DNA of 63,845 nt, filler included, from Reclinomonas americana ATCC 50394 (taxonomy: Eukaryota), in the NCBI GenBank assembly GCA_048213135.1. It is 10 parts of 4 records of this genome, joined end to end, with 100 filler letters (N's around TTAATTAATTAA, not from the genome) between each part and the next. Parts side by side here need not be neighbours in the genome. Positions count along the whole stretch, not along the records: positions 1 to 4,840 come from PS015090.1; positions 4,941 to 8,629 come from PS015091.1; positions 8,730 to 20,124 come from PS015091.1; 7 more parts are not named here. One strand, given 5' to 3'. The notes beneath the pieces were generated by a model. The model was not told the DNA's origin. It saw only the letters and a list, made by a program, of their open reading frames with translations, and made no database searches. A program made the translations under genes and the position numbers. This document shows, piece after piece, positions 1-10,533 of the stretch. How positions within the stretch are numbered: the stretch's first letter is position 1; every line of letters begins with the position of its first letter.

Positions 1-3000
1 ACTGCGGCGGCAGTCGGGCAGGATGCCAAGGCACGCAAGACGTGCGCACAGATTTTCATGACGTGTCACAATTTGTTTGTGGATACGTTGTGGGCGGCGT
101 TGGCGGCGGCGGAGCAGCGGGATGCGTCGTCGGCGCGCGATGTGTGTCAGGTGCGCGGAAGGGAAGGGGGAAGGGGGAAGGGGGAAAGGTGAAGGAAGTA
201 GGTTTGTAGTTGTACCGCGTGTGCTATAGAGTTGGGAGAGGCCGCCAAAGAGAGTGATGAGAGGCAGCTTCATGAATGACGTCTTCTCAGGANNNNNNNN
301 NNNNNNNNNNNNNNNNNNNNNNNNNNNNNNNNNNNNNNNNNNNNNNNNNNNNNNNNNNNNNNNNNNNNNNNNNNNNNNNTAAGAGACATGTGTCAGCAAC
401 AGAAGTTGAGAAAGAGTTCTGTTATTTTTCAGTTGTCCATGACATTCGCAAGTTTGCGACTCACCTCGGGGCTTCTGCCTTCACAGGAGATTGTGCCATT
501 GTTGGACATTGGTGAGCGCGACACGCAAGACGTGTCGCTGCAGCTGTTTGTCACCCATCTCGAGCGGTGTCCACATTTGGCGGCTGTGGTGGTCGACTGC
601 ATGTACACCAGGTGCGTGTGACAGCGATTCTAGTTACTCTGCTTTCACCCTCACTGACCGTGTGCTGTTGTCTGTCGCCACCAGTGGTGTGAGTGTGCCG
701 ACGTTGACTCGGGTTTCCGAGCTGGCGCTGCGCATCCACTTTTTGCAGTCGGTCGACTCGCGAGTTGTTCGTGAGGCGTTCACTGCGCCACTGCTGTCGG
801 TGGACGAGTTTGCTGCCGAGTGCTTGGAGAATGGCTACGCGCTGAGTCTGTCGTTGCTAATGTTGCGTGGAGTTGTTGCGTGGGTGTGCACGTGCGTTTC
901 GTCGCGACTCAATCATTTGAGGCACGCAGATTGGATCAACCCGACCGATTCAGCGTGGACACCTTGGGTGAATGGGTGAAGCAGTTCCCGATGACGGCCT
1001 CCAACTGCATGACGGCGGTGATTCTGTGGACATTGTACTTGGAGAAGGCGATTCGTGTGGAACCGCCCGCTCGACTGGTGAGTCTCCATATTGCTTCGGT
1101 GTTGTGTACCCAGTTGCTGACGCCTTTATTTGGGGGATATGCAGGTCCCCATCATCTCCAGCTTTGTGCAGTTCCTCATGGACTTTAGTGCCGTCAGCAC
1201 CAGCACGCTGCGCAAGATCTTTACCTCGAACAAGAGCGTTGCGTTGTTGCACTCGCCATCGTGGTGTCTTCCGTGGGTCGCACTGACGTATGTGTGTGTG
1301 TACAGTCGATGCCGCTGCCTTTTCGACTGCTGTGTGTGTGTCTTGCCTCGTTCCTGGCCAATCAGCTGCTCGAGTCGGGTGGATGTCGCAGGGATACAAG
1401 GAATTTGCAGGACAAGATTCATTCGAAGGTGGGGTTGATGGAGATGAAGGGGAAGGGAGGGAGAAAGAAGGCGGAGGGAAATGAAGGAGAGGGGAAGAGG
1501 GAGAGAGAGAGTGTCACTGAGTGCAAATGTCTTCTCTCATTCTGTACGCGCTGTCTCTTCCCTTCTTGGATGGCTGGGAATAGAGGACTTGAGAATGTAG
1601 AATGTAGACTTGTTGCAGGCGTCTTCTCTCTTTGCATTTATGTGCATGCTGTATCCACTCTATTGTGCGTGATGCGGAAGAACAGAGACAAGAATGTAGA
1701 CTTGTTGCAGGCGTCTTCTCTCTGTGTCTTTGTGTGCGTGCTGTCGCCCCTCTCTTGTGTGAGATATGGAAGAACAGAGACAAGAATGCAGACTGGTTGT
1801 AGGCGTCTTCTCTCTTTGTCTTCATATGCGCGCTGTCGCCTCTCTATTGTGCGTGATACGGAAGAACAGAGGCAAAAATACAGACTGAGTGCAGGCGTCT
1901 TCAAGTGCGCGCTGTCTCTGTCAAAGTACGGAAAGATGAGAGACCTTTCAGGAATGGAGACTTACTACATGTGCCTTCTCTCTCTCTCTTTATGTGTAAG
2001 CTGTCGCCTACCTCTCCTTGTAAGGGAGACAAGATGAGAAAGACCGATTGCGAGTATCTTCCCTCTTCCTTGTTTCGCTGACTGCATTCTTTCTCTCCCT
2101 CTCTCCCTCTCCCTCTCCCTCTCCCTCTCCCTCTCCCTCTCCCTCTCCCTCTCCCCTCTCCCCTCTCCCCTCTCCCCTCTCCCNNNNNNNNNNNNNNNNN
2201 NNNNNNNNNNNNNNNNNNNNNNNNNNNNNNNNNNNNNNNNNNNNNNNNNNNNNNNNNNNNNNNNNNNNNNNNNNNNNNNNNNNNNNNNNNNNNNNNNNNN
2301 NNNNNNNNNNNNNNNNNNNNNNNNNNNNNNNNNNNNNNNNNNNNNNNNNNNNNNNNNNNNNNNNNNNNNNNNNNNNNNNNNNNNNNNNNNNNNNNNNNNN
2401 NNNNNNNNNNNNNNNNNNNNNNNNNNNNNNNNNNNNNNNNNNNNNNNNNNNNNNNNNNNNNNNNNNNNNNNNNNNNNNNNNNNNNNNNTCTATCCCTCTC
2501 TCCCTCTCTCTCCCTCTCTTTCTCTCCCTCTCCGTAACTGACGTGCATCGCTTTCCCTCCCGACCGCACAGGGCGTAAAGCTGTACCAGGTGCTGGAGAG
2601 CCTGCCTGCCCAGCGCGGCTTCAACGTGTTCCCGAACTCACAACCCGCCGTCTTCTACACCATGGACGCGGTGGCGTCGGGACGACTGGCGTTGAACGAC
2701 TTGTGCGAGTTTGTGATTGAGGTGGCGGTTCGCGCGTGCCCCGAGGAGCACGCCTTTTTCCTCATTCGCGATGCGCGAGCGGCACTCACGCCGTCCCCCG
2801 CGTCGTCCATCTCACCGACTGGCAGCTCGTCGGCCTCGTCGCCGCCGGCTGCACTCCGCTCACCACTGCTCCCGCTGTCGGCGTCGGCGTCGGCAGCGTC
2901 AGCATCGGCATCGCCAGAGTCGCCGGGTGCGGGGGGCGGCAGTCCGATGCTGCATGCTTCGTCGGCCGCTGTTGCTGCGCTGGCGACACCGTTCCTCAAT

Positions 3001-3036
3001 TCTGAGCAGCAGCAGCAGCAGCAGCAACCGAGATGA
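1..3036 (+). CDS. EPG5: EPG5-like autophagy tether, 3' part (multi-exon, 5' outside window)
   Basis: Spliced C-terminus ...SNK/SMPLPFRLLCVCLASFLANQL...HSK/GVKLYQVLESLPAQRGF...LALNDLCEFVIEVAVRACPEEHAFFLIR resembles the EPG5 C-terminus as recalled (KSPLSxRFRVVARSMAAFL...ALESM...LxDxxxFL..L...LYPE.HYL..IR). GT-AG exon borders are present and the stop is at 3034-3036. Confidence 0.5.
1505..2050. repeat. Intronic degenerate tandem repeat, ~91-bp unit, 5-6 copies
   Basis: Variants of agaatgtagacttgttgcaggcgtcttctctct recur at ~1600, ~1691, ~1783 and ~1874. Confidence 0.8.
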
Positions 3037-3101
3037 GAAATTAAATGTATATGCTTCATGAAGTAGTTGCTATTCGACAACAACTATCTCCAAAAACGCC
3101 C

Positions 3102-4840
3102 TCACTCGAAGNNNNNNNNNNNNNNNNNNNNAAGCTCGTCGTCACTGCTAGAGTCGTCAAAGTCACCGGAGCCATAGTAAACGTCGCCATCACCGGCTGC
3201 AACTTTGCTGTCTGCTCCAGAACTTCGCGAGCGACCATTGACGGCGTCAATGACGGTCCCCAGACTCTTCATGGCCTCGTCCAGCAATTGCAGACGCTCC
3301 TTCCGGTGACTGATGGTCTTGATGACGGAAGACTTCAGCCGCAGCAAGCTGCGGACGTCCTCTGCACTGCTGGCTCGATCGCCTGCACGATCGCGAAGCA
3401 GAATCTGCATATATATAGCGATCAGTTCTGAGAGCATGGGGAACAAAGTGCTCTTGCCCACAGGCTACTCACGTCATCACGGATCTGATCCAGCTTGCAC
3501 AAAATGCCCGTCTGCGACGGTCCGTACAGCACGTCCAAGACCATGCAGACCACCACTCGAGACAGCGCATCGTGAAGGGCCGACACTGACAGCTTTCGAA
3601 CCAAGTCGAGTTTGTCACCTGATGAACGCAAACAATGAGCTCGTTACGAAGAGCGCCCCGCTGTGACGTCGCACAGTGTTCTGACAACTCACGAATGGAA
3701 CGGATTGTGTCAATCTCCATCTCGCTCGCCACATCGGTGCTGCGTACCCACTGCCTGTGTGAGTCGTCCATGGTCGGAGGCACCAGTGGCTGGATTCTGG
3801 CCATCGCCCGCTTCTGATCGACGGATGCGTGCTCGTTGCGTTCCTCCCTCGCTTCGCGAACTGCGTCTGTGGTCCAGTCCATGTGATATTGGTTTTGCCA
3901 ACTCACAATCATGCGCGCTTGCAAGTTGAGCTGAGCTCTGGCGGCAGCAAACAGCTCATCGAGAAGCTGATTAATGAAGTGAGAGATGTGCCGCCTGAGT
4001 GCTTGAAACCAGGCAAGCTTCTGCACAGTGAAAACCAGCAAGTACTAAGATACCGGACTTGCAGCGCTTACATGCAAACACTCGCGCGCACTTGCAAACC
4101 TTTCGAATCACATCGTAGCAACCTCGGCGCACGATATCCTCGATGTCAGAGAAGGCCTTTTTGGCCATGTCAATGAATTCTCGCAGGTGTTCCTCGAGCA
4201 CCTCGTTGACAATACTGGTGTCCGTTGCCTCGCCACGGAAAACGCCCTGCAAGTGAAATCAGTGCCAGTCAAGTGCACTGCAAACACTGCTGGCGACTGA
4301 CTCACCGCATGCAGGCGAAGCTTGTAGAGCAACTGCCCATCGCTGATCACCTCCTGAGACGTTGGTTCTTCAATCCGCTTCACAAGGCGCCTCTCAAAGT
4401 CGGCTCGCAGACGAACGCAAATGTTGAAAGCTTGGTGCGCAAGACGCGGGTGGTCACACTCCGACTCAGTGGCTGGGTTCAGCTGCACACTGAATTCGCT
4501 ACCGAGCGCCCTGAAAAGTGCGGACAAGGTGTCGCTGCACTCCTTGTCTGAGGCCTCTGTCAAGTTCATCAGGCACCGGTAAATGCCAACGGTTGGCGGC
4601 AGTCGTCGTTCAAAGTCTTCGACCTCCTTGGCCAAGGTGGCGCGGTGGTCGACAAGGCGTTCCATGGCTGTTGGCAAGTGTTGTTGCAGCTGAGTCACGA
4701 GGACCTGTGCGGGAACACAGAATGAGTGCACGTGGCGCAGCGATCAATCAGCGGTGACTGATATTGAATTAATTGGTTACCTTGCCGAGCAGCTTCCGCA
4801 AACTCTCAAAGCCAAACACCTCCATTGCAGCCTGTTTCCC
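3102..4840 (-). CDS. Dynamin-related GTPase, middle/stalk and GED exons
   Basis: GKQAAMEVFGFESLRKLLGK/VLVTQLQQHLP matches the post-GTPase helix. Helical exons follow, ending in a GED-like ...VRSLLRLKSSVIKTISHRKERLQLLDEAMKSL. Joins in frame to the inverted contig 5274-6121. Confidence 0.75.
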
Positions 4841-4940
4841 NNNNNNNNNNNNNNNNNNNNNNNNNNNNNNNNNNNNNNNNNNNNTTAATTAATTAANNNN
4901 NNNNNNNNNNNNNNNNNNNNNNNNNNNNNNNNNNNNNNNN
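4841..4940. other. Artificial scaffold spacer 44N-TTAATTAATTAA-44N (also at 8630, 20125, 26904, 38857, 43642, 49975, 56456, 61235)
   Basis: The identical 100-bp structure, carrying a six-frame stop linker, occurs nine times. Confidence 0.97.
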
Positions 4941-5273
4941 GCCCTCCAGCTCCCACTCTCCTCCACCCTCGTTTGCACTGATCCATCGGCATACTCAACA
5001 GCGAGCGTCTACCAGTGATCACATTGCCAACTATTCTCGAGCGTTTTCCTTCTCAGCATTCCACTGTGTCACAACCCTTCCCTTGCCACTTCTCTCTCCG
5101 CTATCACTCGCTCTCCAGTTCCCACTCTCCTCCGTCCTCTTGTGCACTGATTCATGGCTACATGCATGCACAACAGTGAGCACCGATTCTTCCTACTTCT
5201 CTGTATACGTACATATCCCACTGTACATGTGTCACACCCCTTCTCATACGCCTCTCTCTCTCACATCTCACAG

Positions 5274-6121
5274 GAGCTGGCACCACCACCAGAGCGACAT
5301 ACTCGGTCACCGTTCAGCGCAGCACTCGCTCTTCCTCTGTTGGCGTCGACGGCACGTTCGTTATGTTTCCCGACGATCCCAAGGAATACTCGATCGACGA
5401 AGCGCAGAAGCACATGCATCAGCTGGTGGAGGATGCTCTTCGCGAGGAGGGCTCGGAATTCGAGACGGACGTGTCTATGAGAGTGCAAAAGTTCACCGTT
5501 TTCACGCCGAGGTTTGACTCCTGCTATATATCTATATGTCGCATTGAGATTGATACTGATTGCATTGAACTGACTTGTTCCTTCAGTGCTGATGTTGCTG
5601 TCCTGGTGTACGACACTCCCGGCATGATCCAGAGTGTCCCGGGATCTGCCAACCAACAGATGAAGGCGAAGATTGACCAGCTGATCGAGCAAAGCGTCAG
5701 CAACCCGTCGTGCATCGTCGTCCTTGTGGCCGACAGCACCATCGACATTACGCAGTGGGCTGCTCGAGATCTCGTGAAGCGTTTCGACCCTGACGGTAAG
5801 CTGTCACTCATGGACATCTTGTTGTTGATCTGAAATCTGACAGCACTCGCCGACTTGCATGCAGGGATTCGAACCATTGGAGTTCTCACCAAGGTGGATC
5901 GACTTGAGACACGCACTGATGAGGAGGCTTCCCAAGTGAGGGCCGATGTAATTCGACTGCTCTCTCGCCGCAACTCGCCCTATCCGCTCGCGCACGGATG
6001 GATTGCCGTCTGCAATCAGGAGCGCACCACCACCGGATCCGCTGCCGGCGCCAGTGCCACCACCACCGGTTCCGAGATCGATTTCATGCGCCACACATTC
6101 GATGCTGTGGCTCAGCAAGTC
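5274..6121 (+). CDS. Dynamin-related GTPase, G2-G4 exons (contig mis-oriented; true strand same as flanking exons)
   Basis: AGTTTRAT (G2), VYDTPG (G3), KRFDPDG/IRTIGVLTKVD (G4) and HGWIAVCN are all dynamin-family motifs. Confidence 0.85.
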
Positions 6122-6517
6122 NNNNNNNNNNNNNNNNNNNNAGGTGAAAGGGGAGAGAAAGAGGCGGTAAGAGAGTGCTGAGAAGCGAAATGCTCGAGAA
6201 TAGTTGGCAATGTGATCACTGGTAGACGCTCGCTGTTGAGTATGGCAATGGATCAGTGCAAACAGAGGTGGAGGAGAGTTGGTACTGGAGAGCAAGTGAC
6301 AGCAGGGAAGAGGAGGGGTATGAAACAGTGGAATACTGTGAAGGAAGGAAACGCCGACAGACGCTCACTGTTGTGTATGACGATGTATCAGTGCAAACAA
6401 AGGTGGAGGAGAGTTGGTACGAGAGAGAGGGGGAAAGAGAAGGGGCACGACACAGTGCATGGTATGCGCATGCGTGTGCTTTTCTTCTGCAACTACGCAT
6501 GTGTGTTGTCGACTCAC

Positions 6518-6896
6518 CAGAGGGGAAGAGTCCCGGCGCCGAGAGAATGTTGGAGAGTGTTGCACTCTTCCCGTGACTCTGATTGCCGACCACAACCAAA
6601 GTCGGCAGCGAATCGCTGAGTTCCGTGATGCCGAGTTGCATCAGCACTCCGCGAAGCACGTTGTAGAGGTGGAGGACAACAAACAGGCTTGTTCCGACAA
6701 CGCCTTCGCGGCGGTGAGAGGCGGCTTCTTCTGCAGCTTGACGCAGCTCGTCGATCAGCTTGGTGAGGTTGACGTGGTCGTGCTCAGCTGCTGCGCGTGC
6801 GTGTGAGCGGCTCAGGATCCGACGACTGTGACCACGGCTGCTACTCCCACTGCCACCAGCACCACCACCACCAGTCGTCAGTTCACTCGATTGCAT
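6518..6896 (-). CDS. Dynamin-related GTPase, exon 1 with P-loop
   Basis: LPTLVVVGNQSHGKSATLSNILSAPGLFPSG. Its phase-1 GTGAGT donor is compatible with the acceptor at 5273, giving FPSGAGTTTR. Confidence 0.85.
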
Positions 6897-8156
6897 GGTT
6901 GCTTCAGCTCACAGGGAAAGACGGAGGTTGGAGGGGCAGATCATCGTCGGTTTTGACAGGTTTGCATTGCTGTCAATTCGAGCTTATATTTCCCACCACC
7001 ACCAAACCCGCCATCATACCCGACAAATCTGACGCGCACGAGAGGATTGTGACTGGACAATAGGCTGATGATCGGCGGACAGTCCATGTGAAAGGGAAGG
7101 GAGGATCCGGAGAGTAGACATTTGTCATGCAAATGGTATTGGGGTGGACGAAGTGTCAACAATTGTCGCATGCGCATGCACAGTGCCACAAACAAGAGAG
7201 CTGACAGACACAGCAGAAGAGACTCCGTGTACGGGAATGGCCAAAGACAGCCACACACTGCTGAAAAACATCTGCAAGTTGGCAGACCCACCCGCAGCGA
7301 TCGACAAATGCTGTCGCACCGTTTGCGGCCTGGCTTGTCTCTATGTTCTCGAAAAGCAGTGGATACGGTAGAACAGTGTCTTTATTCCATAGCTGGACAC
7401 GTTTGGAGCCGAGTAACGCAAGAGTGCTAGCGCTTCTGTTCTAGCTTGCCGAACACGACAATTACGATCAAAACTGTCCGGAACTCTTGCAAAATCAACC
7501 AAATTGGACACGACAGTGTGGGGCGTCAAGTGGGCGCTGGCCTCCATGACGCACACCAGTTGGTAGAGAAACATGTCAGGTGGTTTACCGGACACGTTTG
7601 CAGGCAACAATCCTCGTTGGTCAATAACAACAACAACAACAACAATTAATATTCATTCACCATGGCCAACAAACAAACACTTGCAACAGCTGTCTTGATA
7701 ACCAAGTTCAACCGTATCCAAAAACACAGACACCAATCTTGAGGCTGCAGCAGGTTCCTTGTGTGTGTTCGCAGCGCTCTCGGAGCTCGCTGCGAGCTCC
7801 GGATCCGATCGCGAATTCGAACAGCATCAACACTTGAGTGCCTCACGACGGGTTGATACAGACAACGAAGCATACTGACTGCAGGAAGAGAATGCCTTCG
7901 TTCCTCTCGAGTGCTTGACGACAAGTCGACGCAAACAACGAGCGACGGACGCATGCGCAATATTAATTGCAAATTCGTTCGAGTTCAAGTGTTTGACGGG
8001 TTGATGCAGGATATAAGCTGCGACCGCTGCGAAAGGGACACCACTTCGACAACGAGTTGATGCAGGAAACAAGGCAAAGGGGAAAAAGTCGACTTTTCGG
8101 AGAATTTCCGACCTTGCAACGAAGTTCGTGACACTTTTTTGTTGTTGTTCAAGAGA

Positions 8157-8428
8157 ATGGCCGACGACCCGACCTCCTTTGTGCCCATGCTGCTGGTGCT
8201 GCTCGCTGTGGTGGGCATTGCCGTGTACGCCATTCTGCGTTTCCGCTCGCTCAAGACACTGCCGCGCAAGGTGAGACGACTTGCACACACACACACTCTC
8301 TTGTCGCTCTCTCTCACTCATTGTGCTTGTCACAGGTTCCGCCGCCCACTCGGCCAACCAAGGACGCCGACATTGACTATGCTGTGCGACCGCATGAGAA
8401 GAGTCAGCATCGTGTTGCGCGTCATTGA
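8157..8428 (+). CDS. Small single-pass membrane protein (~68 aa, 2 exons)
   Basis: MADDPTSFVPMLLVLLAVVGIAVYAILRFRSLKTLPRK, intron gtgaga..cacag (8271-8335), then VPPPTRPTKDADIDYAVRPHEKSQHRVARH*. A hydrophobic helix is followed by basic residues. Confidence 0.5.
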
Positions 8429-9276
8429 TGCGCGCATATGTGCATGACACGCACACAGCGCATATCATGCATGCGTATATGTGTGTGTGCATGTCTCTCT
8501 CTTTGCGTGTGTGTGTGCCTTGTCTTCTCGCATGACAGTGAAGCACAGCAGATGAGAGATGGTGTCATTTGGTGGTGATTCTTTGGAGAGGGCGAATGGA
8601 TGGGCAGCGCAGCGAAGGGAGAAGGGGAANNNNNNNNNNNNNNNNNNNNNNNNNNNNNNNNNNNNNNNNNNNNTTAATTAATTAANNNNNNNNNNNNNNN
8701 NNNNNNNNNNNNNNNNNNNNNNNNNNNNNATGTGAGAGAGCAGAAGAAGAGCGCCCGCGCGCGCGCGCGAGATCATTCAAACACACACACAACAAAAAGC
8801 CAGAGGGTGAGCGTGCGTGTGCACAAGACAACGCGGTGTTTGGCGCTCACTTAATCGAGCTTGACAGAAGCACTCAGATACTGAGCAGGAGGAGAAAAAG
8901 CAAACGCAGGATGGGAAGGGGGAGGGAGCATGGCAATCGACCGAAGGATGACAGAAGCACGCAGAGACGGAGCGGGAAGCGACTTAAAAACAGAGGATAA
9001 ACTGCATGGAAAGTAAGAGATAGGGATGACGGGAGGGCGGAGTGTGAGAGAGAAAGATGGTGACAGAAACAGGCAACGGCTGGGCGGGAGGACTATCAAA
9101 CACAGGAGGATCTGCATGCGGGGAGAGATAGAGAGAGAAGGCAGCAGCGAGTGATCTTGCGATTGAACGAGCATGAACGAACTGCAACATGAGCACGGCA
9201 GGAGTGACAAGTGTGTGCACGCACGAACTGCAAGTGCACGATGACAACCGACAGATCCTCGCAGACACACACTCAC

Positions 9277-9488
9277 CGTCGTCAAGTACAGCTGCAGGCC
9301 GGACGACTTGTCGACAGACACAGCGGGCACTACACACACGCGCGTGCGAATAAGTGAGAGACAAACGCAAGAAAAGACGGGGAGGAAGCAAACGCACCCT
9401 TGCCAGTGCACTGCATCTCCATGCGATTGCAGTTGACCAACTCAGCGGTGGAGATGACGTCGTGGAACACCACGCCCACGCGCTCGCA
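9277..9488 (-). CDS. Cyclase-associated protein (CAP/Srv2) C-terminal CARP domain, two internal exons (fragment)
   Basis: Spliced CERVGVVFHDVISTAELVNCNRMEMQCTGKVPAVSVDKSSGLQLYLT matches the CAP_C consensus (C..xGLVFDDVV..VEIIN...VQV.GKVPTISI.KTDG...YL). Confidence 0.7.
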
Positions 9489-9749
9489 CTGCGGGAGAGG
9501 AGAGGGCAGGGAGAGAGAGAGAGAGTTCAATTTTCCGCGAGGTCTTGAGGAAGGGAGAGTGAGGGACTGTTGAATGCAGAGACTCTTGCATGATATCTCC
9601 CACTGTGAGTGTACAAGTGTGTGTGTGTGTGTGTGTGTATGCGTGTTTTTGTGTGTGTATGTGCGTGTGTGTGCAGTAAACGAGGATTGGAATGTGAGTG
9701 GCTGTTGACGACTGCAGAGACTCTTGCATGATCTCTCCCACTGTGGGTG

Positions 9750-9754
<5 letters not shown>

Positions 9755-9828
<74 letters not shown>

Positions 9829-10350
9829 TTGGTGTGTGTGTGAGTNNNNNNNNNNNNNNNNNNNNNNNNNNNNNNNNNNNNNNNNNNNNNNNNNNNNNNN
9901 NNNNNNNNNNNNNNNNNNNNNNNNNNNNNNNNNNNNNNNNNNNNNNNNNNNNNNNNNNNNNNNNNNNNNNNNNNNNNNNNNNNNNNNNNNNNNNNNNNNN
10001 NNNNNNNNNNNNNNNNNNNNNNNNNNNNNNNNNNNNNNNNNNNNNNNNNNNNNNNNNNNNNNNNNNNNNNNNNNNNNNNNNNNNNNNNNNNNNNNNNNNN
10101 NNNNNNNNNNNNNNNNNNNNNNNNNNNNNNNNNNNNNNNNNNNNNNNNNNNNNNNNNNNNNNNNNNNNNNNNNNNNNNNNNNNNNNNNNNNNNNNNNNNN
10201 NNNNNNNNNNNNNNNNNNNNNNNNNNNNNNNNNNNNNNNNNNNNNNNNNNNNNNNNNNNNNNNNNNNNNNNNNNNNNNNNNNNNNNNNNNNNNNNNNNNN
10301 NNNNNNNNNNNNNNNNNNNNNNNNNNNNNNNNNNNNGTGTGTGTGTGTGT

Positions 10351-10416
<66 letters not shown>
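9755..10416. repeat. (GT)n microsatellite spanning an assembly gap
   Basis: Pure GT runs lie on both sides of the N-run. Confidence 0.9.
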
Positions 10417-10418
<2 letters not shown>

Positions 10419-10533
10419 GCAACGCACCACAATCCACTTGTTGTTGAGCAGTTGCGTGGTCATTGCCTTGGCGTGTGAATGGGAAAAGAATGTTGTGGCG
10501 AAATTTTGGTTCGTCTGCGTTTCGTATCGCCGC

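Noticed and set aside
4885-4896. TTAATTAATTAA palindrome repeated nine times, as a regulatory or recombination site
   Set aside because: It is always centred in exactly 44+44 N, so it is an artificial six-frame-stop linker.
4941-6420. Apparent long inverted repeat flanking dynamin exons (transposon TIRs or an invertible cassette)
   Set aside because: These are copies of one intronic tandem repeat that become direct repeats once the mis-oriented contig is flipped.
7120-7980. Short ORFs and a GGAGCTCG-ctg-CGAGCTCC hairpin (~7781-7799) between dynamin and the microprotein
   Set aside because: I found no consistent exon chain or recognisable domain, and the 8-bp stem is within chance for GC-rich DNA.
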